A DNA stretch of 64,000 nt, taken from the NCBI RefSeq assembly GCF_009914755.1, contig NC_060931.1; one strand, 5' to 3'. The notes below the pieces were generated by a model. The model was not told where the DNA came from. It ran no database searches and saw only the letters and a list, made by a program, of their open reading frames with translations. The DNA is from the human T2T-CHM13v2.0 reference genome, Homo sapiens. Shown here in pieces: positions 30,491 to 45,398 of the stretch. Position 1 is the first letter of the stretch. The number at the start of each line of letters is the position of its first letter. A program made the position numbers and the translations under genes.

Positions 30491-30543
30491 ATAGCCTGGA
30501 AGAGCAGGCAGTGATCACTTGGTGGATGAAAGCAAGACTGCAG

Positions 30544-30963
30544 ACCCAAATGTCCAACAGTGATAGACTGGATTAAGAAAATGTGGCACATATACACCAT
30601 GGAATACTATGCAGCCATAAAAAATGATGAGTTCATGTCCTTTGTAGGGACGTGGATGAAGCTGGAAACCATCATTGTCAGCAAACTATCGCAAGGACAA
30701 AAAACCAAACACCGCATGTTCTCACTCATAGGTGGGAATTGAACAATGAGAACACATGGACACAGGAAGGGGAACATCACACACCAGGGCCTGTTGTGGG
30801 GTGGGGGGGAGGGGGGAGGGATAGCATTAGGAGACATACCTAATGTTAAATGAAGAGTTAATGGGTGCAGCACACCAACATGACACATGTATACATATGT
30901 AACAAACCTGCACGTTGTGCACATGTACCCTAAAACTTAAAGTATAATAATAAAAAAAAAAAA
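30544..30963 (+). mobile_element. 5'-truncated L1PA (about PA4/PA5) 3' end inserted in an MLT1 LTR
   Basis: ORF2 C-terminus ([12 protein letters not shown]...LIGGN), 3'UTR and poly(A). Confidence 0.9.
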
Positions 30964-33706
30964 GTAGAGCAGAGAGACACAGATAAACTAGGCTCTTGGT
31001 GATGTCATCTGAACCTCTGGTCAAATGTGCCCAAAGCCAGCATTACCTCTGAGTTTTTATTTATGTAAGCCAATGAATTCCCTTTTTGCTTAAAACAGTT
31101 TGAGTTGGGTTTTTCCATCATTTGTAAATAAAACATTTTAACTGATATAATCAGAATCCATGTATTCATTATTGAACATTTACTGTATGACTGGCATATA
31201 CTAAATGCTGTAGATTCTGTGGCAAATGATTCATTTGATTCTGGCTCTCATGGACTTACTTCCTACAGTAAAGGAGACAGACAGTACAAAAATAAACACT
31301 CCAGTAAAATTGTGATAAGTTCCAGGAAAGTGAAGACTCTAGGTCTATTACTAAGAAAAACAGGTGGCTGAGAAAGAATTTGATTAAGAAGAAAGGGGTG
31401 CATTAGTCTGGAGAAGGAGCTTGGGTTGGCCAGGTGAAGTGTGGAGAAAGTACACACAAGCTGAAGATGGGTTTTCCCTTCTCCTACCTACCCTAACCCC
31501 TTAATCAGAGCAACAAACTTGTCACAGGGCTAAAAATCCAATCTAATTAAAAGTTACATTATTATATTAGCAAGTTGTACTATCTTCCAGTCCTGATGTT
31601 CCCACCTACCAGCAGCACCACCATTGGAACCAGTCAGGCAACATGGATACCCAAGTGACTGGTTTATTCGTCAGTTACCACCACATCAATAAGAGATCCT
31701 GCAGTTTTGAAGTGTGTTTCAGGTTCACAAGTTTGTTGTTCAATTTCTGGTTTCCTCATTTCCATGTGACTTTTCCAATGTAAATATCACTTGGAGAAGG
31801 AGGGGGCCTATATCCCAGGGCAAGCAGAAGTGGTATCTCAGCTGTTCAGTCTAAACTGATTCTGCTCCATTTGGCAGAGCACCAGCTGTTGGCCTGGCTC
31901 ATCTCACTCTGGTAGTTGCCAAAACATTCATATTCTGTAGTTTTCTATTCCTCATTTTAATTTTTCCTTCTAGTATGTTTCTTGAATTCAGTGAAAATTG
32001 CCTACATTTCCTTCTTACAGTGTGATAGACTACCTTCGGGTCTATGCTTCTCAACAGATAACATATGTGAAAGCCCCAAGGCAAGAGAATTTGGTCTCCA
32101 GGATCCATAAGGGTCAATGTTTAGCAAGCAATGAGACTAGAGAGACTGGCAAGTGCCAGACACTGTCCAGTCATAGAGGACACATTAAGGATTCTGCATC
32201 TTATCCTAAGGCCAATAGGAAGTCATTGAAGGGAGTTAAACAGGAAATGAGATGAACAAGTCTGCCTTTAAAAAATTACTGATATAGTCTTCCTGCTAAA
32301 TAAAAAACCAATCAAGGTATTTGTTTCCTGGGAACTTATTTGAGAGATAAAAAATGGGTTATACAAACTGGAGTGGGGCCTACAGGGGCCAGAAACTGGA
32401 AGTTATTTTCTTAGAGCTCTAAAAATTTGAAAAGTGAAGAGTTCTTACTTTATTTTACAAGAGAAAAAATAGTGCTGTCTTGGAACATCGACTCAAAAGA
32501 GTCAAATTTCAGTTACAGTTTTACAACTATAGGCATTAATCTTTTCATTCCTGCTACTTCTCATGTGACAAGTGAAAATAAGTTGACAGTAAGTTAAAGT
32601 GTATAAATCAGTACTTCCCACACCTATGTCAAAGAAAACATCAGGCACATGCCACTTTCCATAGATAAGATGCTTCTGGACTTCAGGAAGTTAAATTTAA
32701 TCCGAGTATGATTTCATAAATGTCACTTCCCATTGTACAGTCCCTTTTATTGCTACAGGCACAAATCATTTTTAATAATGAGTAATATGCAGGGTAAAGG
32801 ACAATTATAGTCCAGAGGTATTACAAATAAAAGGAATAACACAGATAAAACCCCTGCTGCAAGTCCATGAATCCATAAGTTATGAAATTCAATTTGCTTA
32901 AAATGTCACCAATTCATCATCTCTAGTTTCTGAGCTAATAAGAGCAGCTCTAGAGAGCATATTCTGATCCCAGGCACCACTTCACCTGGCATGTGATTCT
33001 GAGACCTTTTCTCTCCAAATATATGTTTAACTATTCTTTAAATTTTTCTAGGTGTTGTGTAAATGCATTAGTAACAAGCCATCAATCCCCCCCAAAGTGT
33101 TGTTTGAAGTACAACAGATTTTGCTGCTTCAAAGTCTTAAACCAATTTTATTTAATTTCTGGGGCATAACATAGAAGGTAGCAAACTCAGATTGAGGTAC
33201 TTTTTTACTGACTAGTGGCCTTTTTCAGGAAGCCTAATGTATCTAACCACAGTCTTCAGCTTCATGTATTTCCATTACTGTATTTTCAAAATAACACTAT
33301 AATGGGCCACAGAACCATTAAAAAGCTCACTTTTGAAGGTTACTGAAATCCATTACTGCAATGTGCTTTTCCCTACCAACCTACTGGTGTGGATTGCTAT
33401 CCCTTGGGCCAGGATTTAAGATTATTGCATGCACACCCAAATAATCCATTAAAAATAATGATGTTAATGAATTAATGTTCATTTTTAAAGGAAAAGCATT
33501 AATTTATTTTTTCAAAAAACTGAAAACATTTTGTATCTTGCAATAAATAATATAACCAATTGGCATATATTACGTTTTACAAGTGTTTTTCTATTTCCTA
33601 CAACAGGGGTATCCAAAAACCCATCCAGAACTAGAGCCATTGTTTGCTGATGTTTTTCACCTAACAGGATACTCAGAAGAATCTGCTAATAAGAGTTACA
33701 TATATA

Positions 33707-34312
<606 letters not shown>

Positions 34313-35447
34313 AAGAGTTACATATATAATACCAGTTCAGGGAAAATACATCCCTAACTTGTGTCCTGATAGTTATTCCCCCCCTTTGATCCCATGAATT
34401 ACTTTACTTGATGTAAATCTAATAAATCCCAGAATCTGGGTTTCTTAAGCCTATGCCTAGCCTTCCTTTATTTAGTTCACATACTGCCTCCTGCATAAGA
34501 TAACAAGTCACCTGTAGAGATTCCAGAGTCTCTTTTAGTCACCATGTTTTGGGATGAATCCTAAAAAAAATCCCATGAAATTGTGATTTCTAATTGTTTC
34601 TCTCAAAATGCACAATAGTCATAAAACTGATCATAAATCAATTTCAACTTCTAAGGTTGGCCAAGAACATTCATAAGCATCAAGAATGTTTGGATTTTGT
34701 CTCTATTTTTGCTTTTAAATTAGACAAATAATGTGATTCAGTATACTGGCTCCTTTGCAGGAAAAAGAAGGGGATAAAATTGTGAAGAGACACACAGGAT
34801 CTTAAAGCTAATGATAATATGCTATTTTTTAAACTCGGTACTGGGTACACAGATGTTCACTGTATTATTAATCTTCATTTATAAAGATTATTTTCTATTT
34901 ACTCAATATTTTATAAAAAGAGTTTTGAAAACAAAATTAAATACATGGAAATAGTCTCTGTTTCCAATTTCCACATTTAAATTATTAAACCTATTGGAAG
35001 CAAATCAAAGACATCTGTTAAATTTTGAAAGCTTGCCGACAGTTTCAGGAAAACCCTGTAAGAGTAATTTTGCCTCTGAAAGACTTTTATCCAAAAGTTG
35101 CTGCCAGATGCTATTCTAGTGATACTATGATAGAATACCCTAAACAATATTTGAAGAAAAAAAATCATGCTTCATTTAAAAAATAAACCTTTAAAAACAA
35201 TCAGGCACCACCTGCCAAACACAGCAAACATTTGTTTATTGCATGCCTTCTGAGTAGCAGATGTAGTACATGTACTATTGCAAATACAGAGACAAATATA
35301 CAGTCCCTGCCTTCAGAGAGTTTACAGTCTAACAGGGAAGGAAGATAGGCATATAAGCAATTGATTCTAATGCAAGATAACATCAAATAAGTGCTTATCA
35401 GGAGCGTGAACAGCCTGCTCTGGAGCTGAGTTAAAGAAGTGGACTGG

Positions 35448-35541
35448 GGCCAGACACAATGGTTCATGCTTGTAATCCCACTGCTTTGGGAGGCTGAGGC
35501 AGGAGACCAGCCTAGGCAACAAAGCAAGATCCTATCTTTAC

Positions 35542-35574
<33 letters not shown>

Positions 35575-35762
35575 TTAGATAGGCATGGTGGCATGCACCT
35601 GTAGTTCCAGCTGCTCTGGAGGCTGATGGAGGAGGATTGCTTGAATCCAGGAGTTTGAGGTTACAACGAGCTATGATTGCACCATTTCATTTCACTCCAG
35701 CCTGGGTGACAGAGCAAGACCCTGCCTCAAACAAACAAACAAACAAACAAACAAACAAAAAA
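35448..35762 (+). mobile_element. AluJ with internal deletion and (CAAA)n tail
   Basis: Diverged Alu dimer. Confidence 0.85.
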
Positions 35763-38440
35763 CTGGATTGAGGCCTCCCTTGGAAAATAGTATTTACTAT
35801 GATTAATTCACAACAATCTAAGGTCAACCCCTCGCTCTTTCAACTCCAGAATTTGATTGTATCAAGGCACCAGATTCAGAGCATCAGATTGATCAGATTC
35901 AGAGACAATGGCTCACATTCGCCAACTCTCAAAAGTCTAAAGAATATAAACTAAAGTGGGAATTTATAAATTTGCAATAACAATTATAACTGCTGGGAAG
36001 AGTGAATGTCCACATTGCCTGACTGGCATACATTCTTTCCTGAAAGTAAGCTAAGCAGAAAGCCCTGTCATGAGAAAGGTGTTTGGGATACAAGAAGTCA
36101 GAATAAGGTCAGCTAGTGATATGGTTATAATGATTTTAAAAGGCATCATTTTGATAACCATATCAAAATTATATGGGGAGGAGAAAGGGGAGGGGGAAGA
36201 AAGGAAAGGTGAGAGGGGAGGAGAGAAAATTGTGAGCTTTGAGCAGCTAACTGGTTCACTTGTAGCTAATTGGGAAAGCCAGATATCTCTTAGATAATTT
36301 CTTTTTCTTTTGGGAAAGTTTTAAAAACGCAAAGTGCTGGAACTTTCTTCTTTGCCTGGAGTTCCATAACTCTATTTGTGCATTCATATTCAAAAGGTAA
36401 TCTGTGCATGTTGAATTAGCTTCAAACTGCTAACTGAAAAATCCCCATTGTAAAAAAAAAAAAAAATCAACAAGAAAAATTCTTCCATTATCCTCCTAAC
36501 TCCTGACTCAGGTTAGAGGTGAAAGAAATAAAAATTCAAGGCTCACCAATTGCACACATATTGCAGTTATTCTGGAGAATATATATACCTTAATATACCC
36601 CTGTGTAGCAGTCTATTTCAGCTGCAAAGAGAACTATCCTCCAAGGTAGTTCTATACTCTTTGAGAAGAGAAGGGTTGGGGTGAAAGATGGTTCACCATA
36701 TTTTTTCCCTACCTGGATCATCTATGAGTAGATGGTCCAAGACCATCAGTGAGGTGAGGCCAGTGTCCATTGTCCATGGAAAGGAGGGACAATCTTACCT
36801 GCTTGGATATCACCTTGCCTGATTTTGCTGAAGAAATCTGGCTAACTGTTCCAGTCATACTGGATATATGGGGTTTCTGGTGGGGGTTGGGGGAGAAGGA
36901 TGGAGAATTTAACTACTTTTCTCCTTTATTCCTTGATTTTTTGTTCTTTATTTCCCAAAACTCTCTCCCTTGGTCCTTTCCTTTAATTAACTCCCTGTGT
37001 ACTTTATGTGCTCTAACATTCCCTTTTCCTGTTGAATTGTCTCTGTGTCACAGTTACCTTAAGGCTTGAAGATTTCACACCCTCAGGAGCCCTCTGTGTC
37101 GTTGGCCTTTCTCTTCTGCCTGGTCACTACTGCTCTATCTCAGTGCCTGCTGGCTCTCCTTGGGAGGCAGAAAGGACAGCCTCATGGATATAATGAAGGG
37201 GAGCGGAGGACGGTCCACTCTAGACTGGCTAGCTTTATACTAAAGGAGCATTTTAAAAACCCATGACTTTACCATTATGAGGATGAATTATCTCCCCAAT
37301 ATATCCAGATGGTGCACATGAGAAATGTATCTTCTTCCTATTAATACATCTTGCTCTAGTTCTTGCAAAGTAAAACCTAGCTCTTTTTGTGCTGAGTAGT
37401 CACCTTTCCTGTCTTGAATCATATAAAACAACTTTCCGTTTTGCTTTCAATCCATGTTGTCGAATAACTTTTCTCTAACTGCTGGGTTTCTCCTCTTACA
37501 TTGGTGGGTGTCTGAAAAGCTTAGGGATTTTCAGCTCACTCTGCTACACTTTAAAAAAAACAATACCAACCAACAAAACTTCTTTTGTGTAGATCTATTT
37601 TCTGTAATTAAAAGAGACTTGGCTAAATTAATCTAAATTAAAATCCATTTGTTTTATTTCCTTCTAGGAAATATCCAGTGTAACAAAATCATTGACTTTC
37701 AAAGCCTTATAATATAGCAGCAGAAGAATAAAGTAAGGTCTTTTGAAATATCCACAGGTACAGTCTTGGTTAAATAAAGAACAGTAATAGTGTTTTACCC
37801 AACATTGTTGTGGAGTAAGTTAATTTTCCAGATAGCTGGCATTTATCTTTAAGCACTAAAACCTGCCTTTATATATATAAAATCTATTTTGAGCTCTAAT
37901 CCTGTAATGCCCCAAGAGCCTGGAAAAGCAAGCAGGTTGTATGTTTTTGCGGCCTTGAGTCAGGTTCTTTAAAGAGTCCCTGTCACCTGCCCTACTATCG
38001 GACTATCAATCATGCCATCTTATGCCTATCAGAGCTTTCCTTTTAAAGATGTACCCATTTTCCACTCAACATATATCTTATAGTCTCTAATTTGTGCTGG
38101 GTGGAAAAGTCTTATAACCAAATTGGTTCTAATTCTGTATAAATGAATAGAAATAGTTGTGGGAATTGAGGGAATCACCTGGGAATAAGCGGTATGAGCT
38201 TAGGAGTGTAAACTTTCTGTGGTCATCAGAACTTTGTGACATAGATTTTGTCTTGTCAGGACTTTTTTCTTCATTTTTAACTTTTTCTGGATAGTGAAAA
38301 TTGCTACATAGGATATTTGAATAAATGAGCTGTTGTTATTATTATTCAGCAAAATGCTCTTTGTCACTTTACTCTGTCTTAAGATGTGAAATCTGTCACT
38401 TATTGTAAACTGCCCAAAATACTTGTGGAATGTGCCAGGG

Positions 38441-38620
38441 GGATTATATATCTATATAATAATATAGATATATTATATGTCCATAGATATTATACTATCA
38501 TATAGATACATCATAATATATCTCTATTTTTCTATATGGAGACAATTTCTCTCTATATATACAGATATATAGAGAGAAATGACTAATCTGTATATAGATA
38601 TCTATATATAGATATATATT
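38441..38620. repeat. AT-rich low-complexity region with perfect inverted repeats
   Basis: Stems at 38446-38473 and 38545-38580; palindrome at 38591-38608. Confidence 0.85.
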
Positions 38621-40232
38621 AGTGAGGGTTTAGTCATTTCAGTTCTGAATGATTATATCCTAATAAGCAAAAAGGAAGTTGTTAAAGACAAAACTCATGA
38701 AGTGGTTTGTTCTGGTTAATTTACTTAAATTTATATAATGTACTAAGCATTTTCATACCACAATAAACAGACCTGACTGGAGATAACAACCTTTGATGAC
38801 CAAAAATGTTTTATTGGGAACGTCTGTTTTCATGATGCAGCACAGTTTCCGTAAGTACAAGAGAGTTGTGAGGAGAGGCTGGAGTGATTTGCCATCACAT
38901 CTCATAGAATTTGTAAAGAAATATTAAAATAAGTTCCTTCTGACAATTGAATTTATTAATTATTTCACTAGAAGAGTTTGCTTATTCTGACTTTTGTTTT
39001 CTATTCTTTCGGTTCAGGCAAATCAAGGTTTTACTGTAACAGAAAACAAGGCTACACATTCTCTAGGTACCATGAAAGGCAGAATGAATCCTGTCATTAG
39101 AGACAAACTAAATTTAGACGAAGTCTACTTGTATGCACTAATTTGAGAAAGAATAGGAGTGTGAGGAAGAAGGGGAAGTTAATCACACCACCAGTAGACT
39201 CACTAATATCTAATATCTACACAGTGGGTGGACAGAATCTAATTATAACAGTGTCCCCAGATTTCATCAGCTAAAGAGACAAAGTTAAGAAAAATTAAAA
39301 AATAAAACACCCAGCTTGTCTATGCAGGAGTTGGAGTTAACAGCAATGTTTCTACTTCTCTCGCCATGTTTATGGGCAGACTCTTTATGTCTTCGTATTT
39401 GGCTGAACCGGGCTGTGTCTGACGCGTGTTCTTCAAATTCCATGTTTGCATTGGGACTTTTCCTCAGAGTGTCAGCACTGATGCACTTTCTGCCCTGCAA
39501 GTGCTTTCTCTCATTCTTTTTGGTCAGATAGGGGTGTACTCATGCTGTGATTCTTTTTGGAAATCTCAAGCAATCTTGCAATTTATAACTCAAGGGAAAT
39601 ATATTGTCTGAATTTTAAAATTAATATAACGTAAGTATTGTTACATTACACAGAAGAGAATTGACTTTTACATTTCCATTTATATGAAAGTGAAGGAAGA
39701 AAATCAACTTCTCCCACATCAAATGACAAAATAGAAAAACAATTATATTAATGGTTGTAATTTTGTATTTTGTTGTATCCTAGCTTTTTATTGACTGTAG
39801 AAGTTACTGAATTAGTGATATTTTATCTTAAATATTTGTGCATTCAAAAAAGTAACCATTGCATTGATTTATCTGTTATCTGTTATTTTATGCCACCAAA
39901 TATTCTATCCAGAAATATTGATTTCCAAAGTTAGATGCTGCAGCTGATGAACAGAATAGCAGAATATGTCAAACTGCACTTTTTGTTATTAATATATTTC
40001 AGCATGTGATTTACTTCACTATAGGTCATTAAAAGAAGTTCACTTTTAGTTAAGAAGCCTGATTTGGGGCGGGGTTGAAGAAGGATATCACAAATTATAA
40101 TTTCTAAAAATGGCTGCAATAATATTTTTTATCCAACCATGCTACTTTTTCATTAAGAGGTGGAGCCTATTTCTCATCACCGTGAACCTGTGATGAGTCT
40201 TTGTGATTTCCTTAGAAATTTGAATGGTGTGA

Positions 40233-40558
<326 letters not shown>

Positions 40559-41079
40559 GAATGGTGTGACTTCTAAGGCTAGGTGAGAAAAGGTGATGTG
40601 TATAGCTTTTGCCTGGCTTTCTCTCTTGAGATGTTCACCCTTAGAAACTAGCTACTACTATGTTCTGAGGAAGCCCAGGCTACAAGGAGAAGCCACATGT
40701 AAGTGTCCTTGCTAAAATCCTAACCAACAGCCAGAATCAAGCACCACACATGTGAGTGTGAACAAGCCTTCAGATGATCCTAGCCCCAGCTGATGAGTCA
40801 TCCTCAGCCTCCTTTGAATCTTCCAGCTGAGACTGCAGGCTCTGGAGAGCAAAGACAATTAGTCCCTGCTGTTGTCTGTCTAAATTCCTAACCCACAGAA
40901 CCCACAAGCCTAATAAATGGTTGTTTATGATATCCAGTTTTGAGATATTTGTTATGCAACAGTATATAATTGTAACAAAAGGACAGAGAAGGAGAAGACC
41001 AAATTTTTGCACTGTAACTAAGAATGAATTGCCCTATAAATACTCAGGATTCTAACACAGGAACTTTTTTTCTTCGTAG

Positions 41080-41408
41080 TGTTTCAGGACTTTTCCTTAG
41101 TTCCACAAGGAGAGGGTTCTTTGTCCCACAGCCACAAAAATTTGGGGCTTGAAGACAATTTGAATGGTGAGTAAGACAGGGTTTTATTGGGTGAAAACAA
41201 AAAAAAGGGGGGGAAACAGGGACTCTTGCAAGGCCAGAGTCCCTGCTAGAGTGCTTCCTGCCCAGCTGTTCCAATCCCAGTTTCCACACAGGAAGAGAAG
41301 GGGCCAGGCTCCTCCCTGCTGCAAATGGCAGGAACTTCTGTGGCTCCACCCTAGTGTGCAGTCTGGTTGGAGTTTTTCCAGGGACCCCCGACCCACCTAG
41401 CTGTCTCG
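41080..41408 (-). mobile_element. ERV1 solo LTR (MER61-like)
   Basis: Antisense reads GAGACAGCTAGGTGGG...GGAGGAGCCTGGCCCC...CCCAATAAAACCCTGTCTTACTCACC...ACA. Confidence 0.65.
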
Positions 41409-41424
41409 ACAATAAGTTAAAACT

Positions 41425-41790
41425 CACCATGGAATACTATGCAGCCATAAAAAATGATGAGTTCATGTCCTTTGTAGGGACATGGATGAAATTGGAAATC
41501 ATCATTCTCAGTAAACTATCGCAAGAACAAAAAACCAAACACCGCATATTCTCACTCATAGGTGGGAATTGAACAATGAGATCACATGGACACAGGAAGG
41601 GGAATATCACACTCTGGGGACTGTGGTGGGGTGGGGGGAGGGGGGAGGGATAGCATTGGGAGATATACCTAAGGCTAGATGACGAGTTAGTGGGTGCAGC
41701 GCACCAGCATGGCACATGTATACATATGTAACTAACCTGCACAATGTGCACATGTACCCTAAAACTTAAAGTATAATTAAAAAAAAAAAA
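41425..41790 (+). mobile_element. 5'-truncated L1PA2-like 3' end
   Basis: GAG (GATGACGAGTTAG) and A diagnostics; TT/AAAA endonuclease site; TSD AAAACTCAC at 41419-41427 and 41791-41799. Confidence 0.92.
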
Positions 41791-42457
41791 AAAACTCACT
41801 CAAATTCCCATTATCAGATGAGCAGAAAGTACAGTATCTCTGTTTTGGGGCTCCTGACTTCCTTGGTTCTTTATAGAACCTGGTTTGTCTAGGATTGTCT
41901 TCCAAATCTAAGAAGATAGAGTACTGATATCTCATATGTTTCCCTCTGATTGCATTTGCTTGGCGTCTCATTGCCAATTGCTGTCTAAATCTGTAGGCCC
42001 ATGCCACCCAATGCCTTGATGGCTTAGCCTTCAGCACAAGCAAACACAATCTTTTAAGGGGGGAATAACATGCAGATAACTCTATTCCCTCAGGGCCACA
42101 TTCAAACAGTATGCCCCACCTAATTTTTCATACTTTCCCATACAACCATTCCTCCCCAAGACTCCTGTTACCCTGAAGTTTCTGGATCCAGATGACTTCA
42201 GATGTGCCATTTTCAAGCCACAAGAACTATCACTGTTTCCAGCCCTAAGAATCCATTCAGAGGTTGTTTCTTTCCTTTTTCAGTCCTCTAGATAACAGGA
42301 TTTACTCCCCTCCTCATTTAGGCAATGGAGATTTCTACGCACACTGACTTATTATAGCTACTTGGACTGTCATTGGCCCCATAACTACTAGAAGTTTTCC
42401 CATTTCTTACTCTTAATGGCAGAGACCGATTACTGACCTCAGCCAATAAAGAATCTC

Positions 42458-42780
<323 letters not shown>

Positions 42781-43021
42781 TCAGACCTTCATAAGAAAAA
42801 AAAATCTATTTATGTCTTGGAGGTGATTCATACTTCCAAAAGTTCTCTGACCATCTCTATCATTAGAATTGCAAGACCAATTATAAATTAAATCTTCAGT
42901 TGGGGCACATATAATACATTGTAATTATAATTTTAATTAAAAATATTATTTAGTGAATATTCATTGTGCTCCAGCTTGTATCCTAGACAAATGTTCCTGT
43001 TATCTCAGGGATATACTAGAT

Positions 43022-43235
43022 TAGCATTCAGCAAACTATGGATCAAAGGCTAAATCCAGCTTCCTTTTGTAAAGTTTTATTGGAACACAGATAACCTCAT
43101 TCATTTACATATTGTCAATGACTGTTTTTGCACCCCAAAGGAAGTGTTGAATAGTAGAAACAGAGACCTTCTGGTCCTTTAATCCTAAGATATTTACTAT
43201 CTGGCTCATTACAGAGAAAGATGCCAACTTCTCTA
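43022..43235. mobile_element. MER58A hAT fossil
   Basis: CAGCAAACTATGG...AAAGTTTTATTGGAACACAG...ATATTTACTATCTGG. Confidence 0.7.
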
Positions 43236-45398
43236 GCTCAAGAACATTCCAAGCAAAGTAGCTAAGAAAAAAACAAAAAACAAAAACTGTCTTCAGAGAA
43301 CACTACTGAATTTTGTGGTAAGCACATTAGCTGTTCTAAGAATTTGCTTTTCCTGTCCGCATTCATTCACATGAACACATGGACACCAAATTTTGGAATC
43401 TGGATTAATATAAATTCAGTTACAGGCTTGTCATGTTCTTAATGGAAAAAGATAAAAACATATATGAGTTTGAATGGAAGAGAAAAGAAAACAAGCAAAC
43501 TATTGTACTGTGGAAAATTAGCCTGAAACCCCAAATTCGAAAACAAAAATTCTCAAAATACCTCAAAAGAACTGATGAATTGCTAAGTGATACTAAAAAA
43601 GTCATTCAAAATAAAATACATGATGACATAGTAGCTTAGAGGAAAGAAAGATAGAATAAAAGGCTTTAATATACTCTAATAGGAATTTCAGAAGAATGAA
43701 GGGAAAAGTAAGTACCCAAATGTTATCAAGCACTTTAGGGACAAAAAATAAATAAAAAAAATCGATGCTTTCTTCCCTCAACAATATTGCAATCTAGTGA
43801 GGCTGTTATATACACACATGCTTCTATAAGAATTCTGCATAAAGTTTTATATAAAAGTATTTAAAAATTATATTAGAAGGAGAAATAATGGATTTATAAT
43901 AGTTATGTGTAATTTTATGAAGGAGGAGGATTATTTCAGTTTGATTGAAATTTGAATTATCTAAGGAGTAGAGACAGGCAAGGAGACTAAGAGATCTGAC
44001 ATCTTTATCTAAATTTTATTTCTTTTGTTCCCAACATCTCCCTTTCATTCCAGTATTTTTCCTATGTATTAATGTAGAAAGAATATATTCATATTCATGG
44101 AAGACTCCAGGCCAGTCTGACCACAACCATAACATTAGAGTCTGTGATTCCACTGTGTTCCTTTCTGCTATTACCAGAAAGAAGTAAGATGAGATGGATT
44201 TTAGAGTTAAAAAGTTAACCTGTTAAGTGTGGGTAGAAACAGTGAAGATTACTCCTTACGCATCCTTTTAAAACATTCCAAGTTGTTTGATATGTGGTGC
44301 TAATTATGAAACTATTTATAGTTATTTTTAATTTTTCCATATAAACAATAGCAATCAGATTATTTATCTACAAAGAAAAATTTTCTGTTAATACAAATTA
44401 ATATAAACACTATTTGAGTAAAATCTTGTTATAAAATTTGAAGGATCTTGAAAAATGTAATTTCTGATCTGCTTACTTGCTATTATAACTCTCCTAATTT
44501 CATGCACTTGCTTAAGGAGACAGTGTTTTTGAAGAATTGCCTTTTAGAAATGCAGAATAAATATTAGCCCATCTTGTAATAAAGCAATGTATTCTCTCAG
44601 GGCTGGGAATTGTTCTAGTAAATGGTAGAGAATTCAAATATAAGGTACTGTTTGCTTTCCATTAGCTAAATTATTGATTACAAATCAATATACATATGAG
44701 AAATAAGACAGAATATTGTTAACCATCCATGCATATAAGCTGTTTGATTTTGTTACAAACACTGCCTGAAATGTAAAGATTTTGTTTCAAGATCCGTTAT
44801 GAAAAAAATATATTAAATTCCACCAGATTGCAAGGGTAAAGACTATCTTAATTATCACTACTACCTGTCTTAGAGTAGGTATTCAATAAATGACAAATGA
44901 ACAATTTGCTAGCTTCTTGTCACTTCTCTTTTCAATTTCACAAAATGATACTGTAGAACATTCGTTTAAAGAGATATTGTGTTGAGCGAAAATAGTAATC
45001 ACATAATTTGTATAATTCTGGGTTAGAAAAAAAGTCAAGTTTTCCCCCCCACTCCATTTTTTTACATCTCTAGATTTGTAAGAGGGCAAAAAGCAAATAC
45101 TGAATTTCTCAAATTTATTCGATGATGGGATTTTTTTTCCTCTCAGGGAGTAATTATTGGGCAAAAATAGTACACTGTCTTTGCTTGGCTTACCCCAGAA
45201 GAAGGCCCTAAGACAAACTTAAGATGCTTATTTGAGAGATGATCCCAGAATGCACCAGTAGATTAGAGTGGGATAGAGATGGGAAAGGGATCAACAAAAA
45301 GTAAATCACAGAACAAGTTACTTATCTGGGAAGTTAGACCTTAATTTTGCTGGTGAGCTCTAGGAAACTGCTGGTGAACTCTAGGAAACTGTGTAGAA

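Noticed and set aside
37640-37760. Splice-acceptor and donor-like pair (37668-37732)
   Set aside because: Such motifs arise frequently by chance and there is no coding support.
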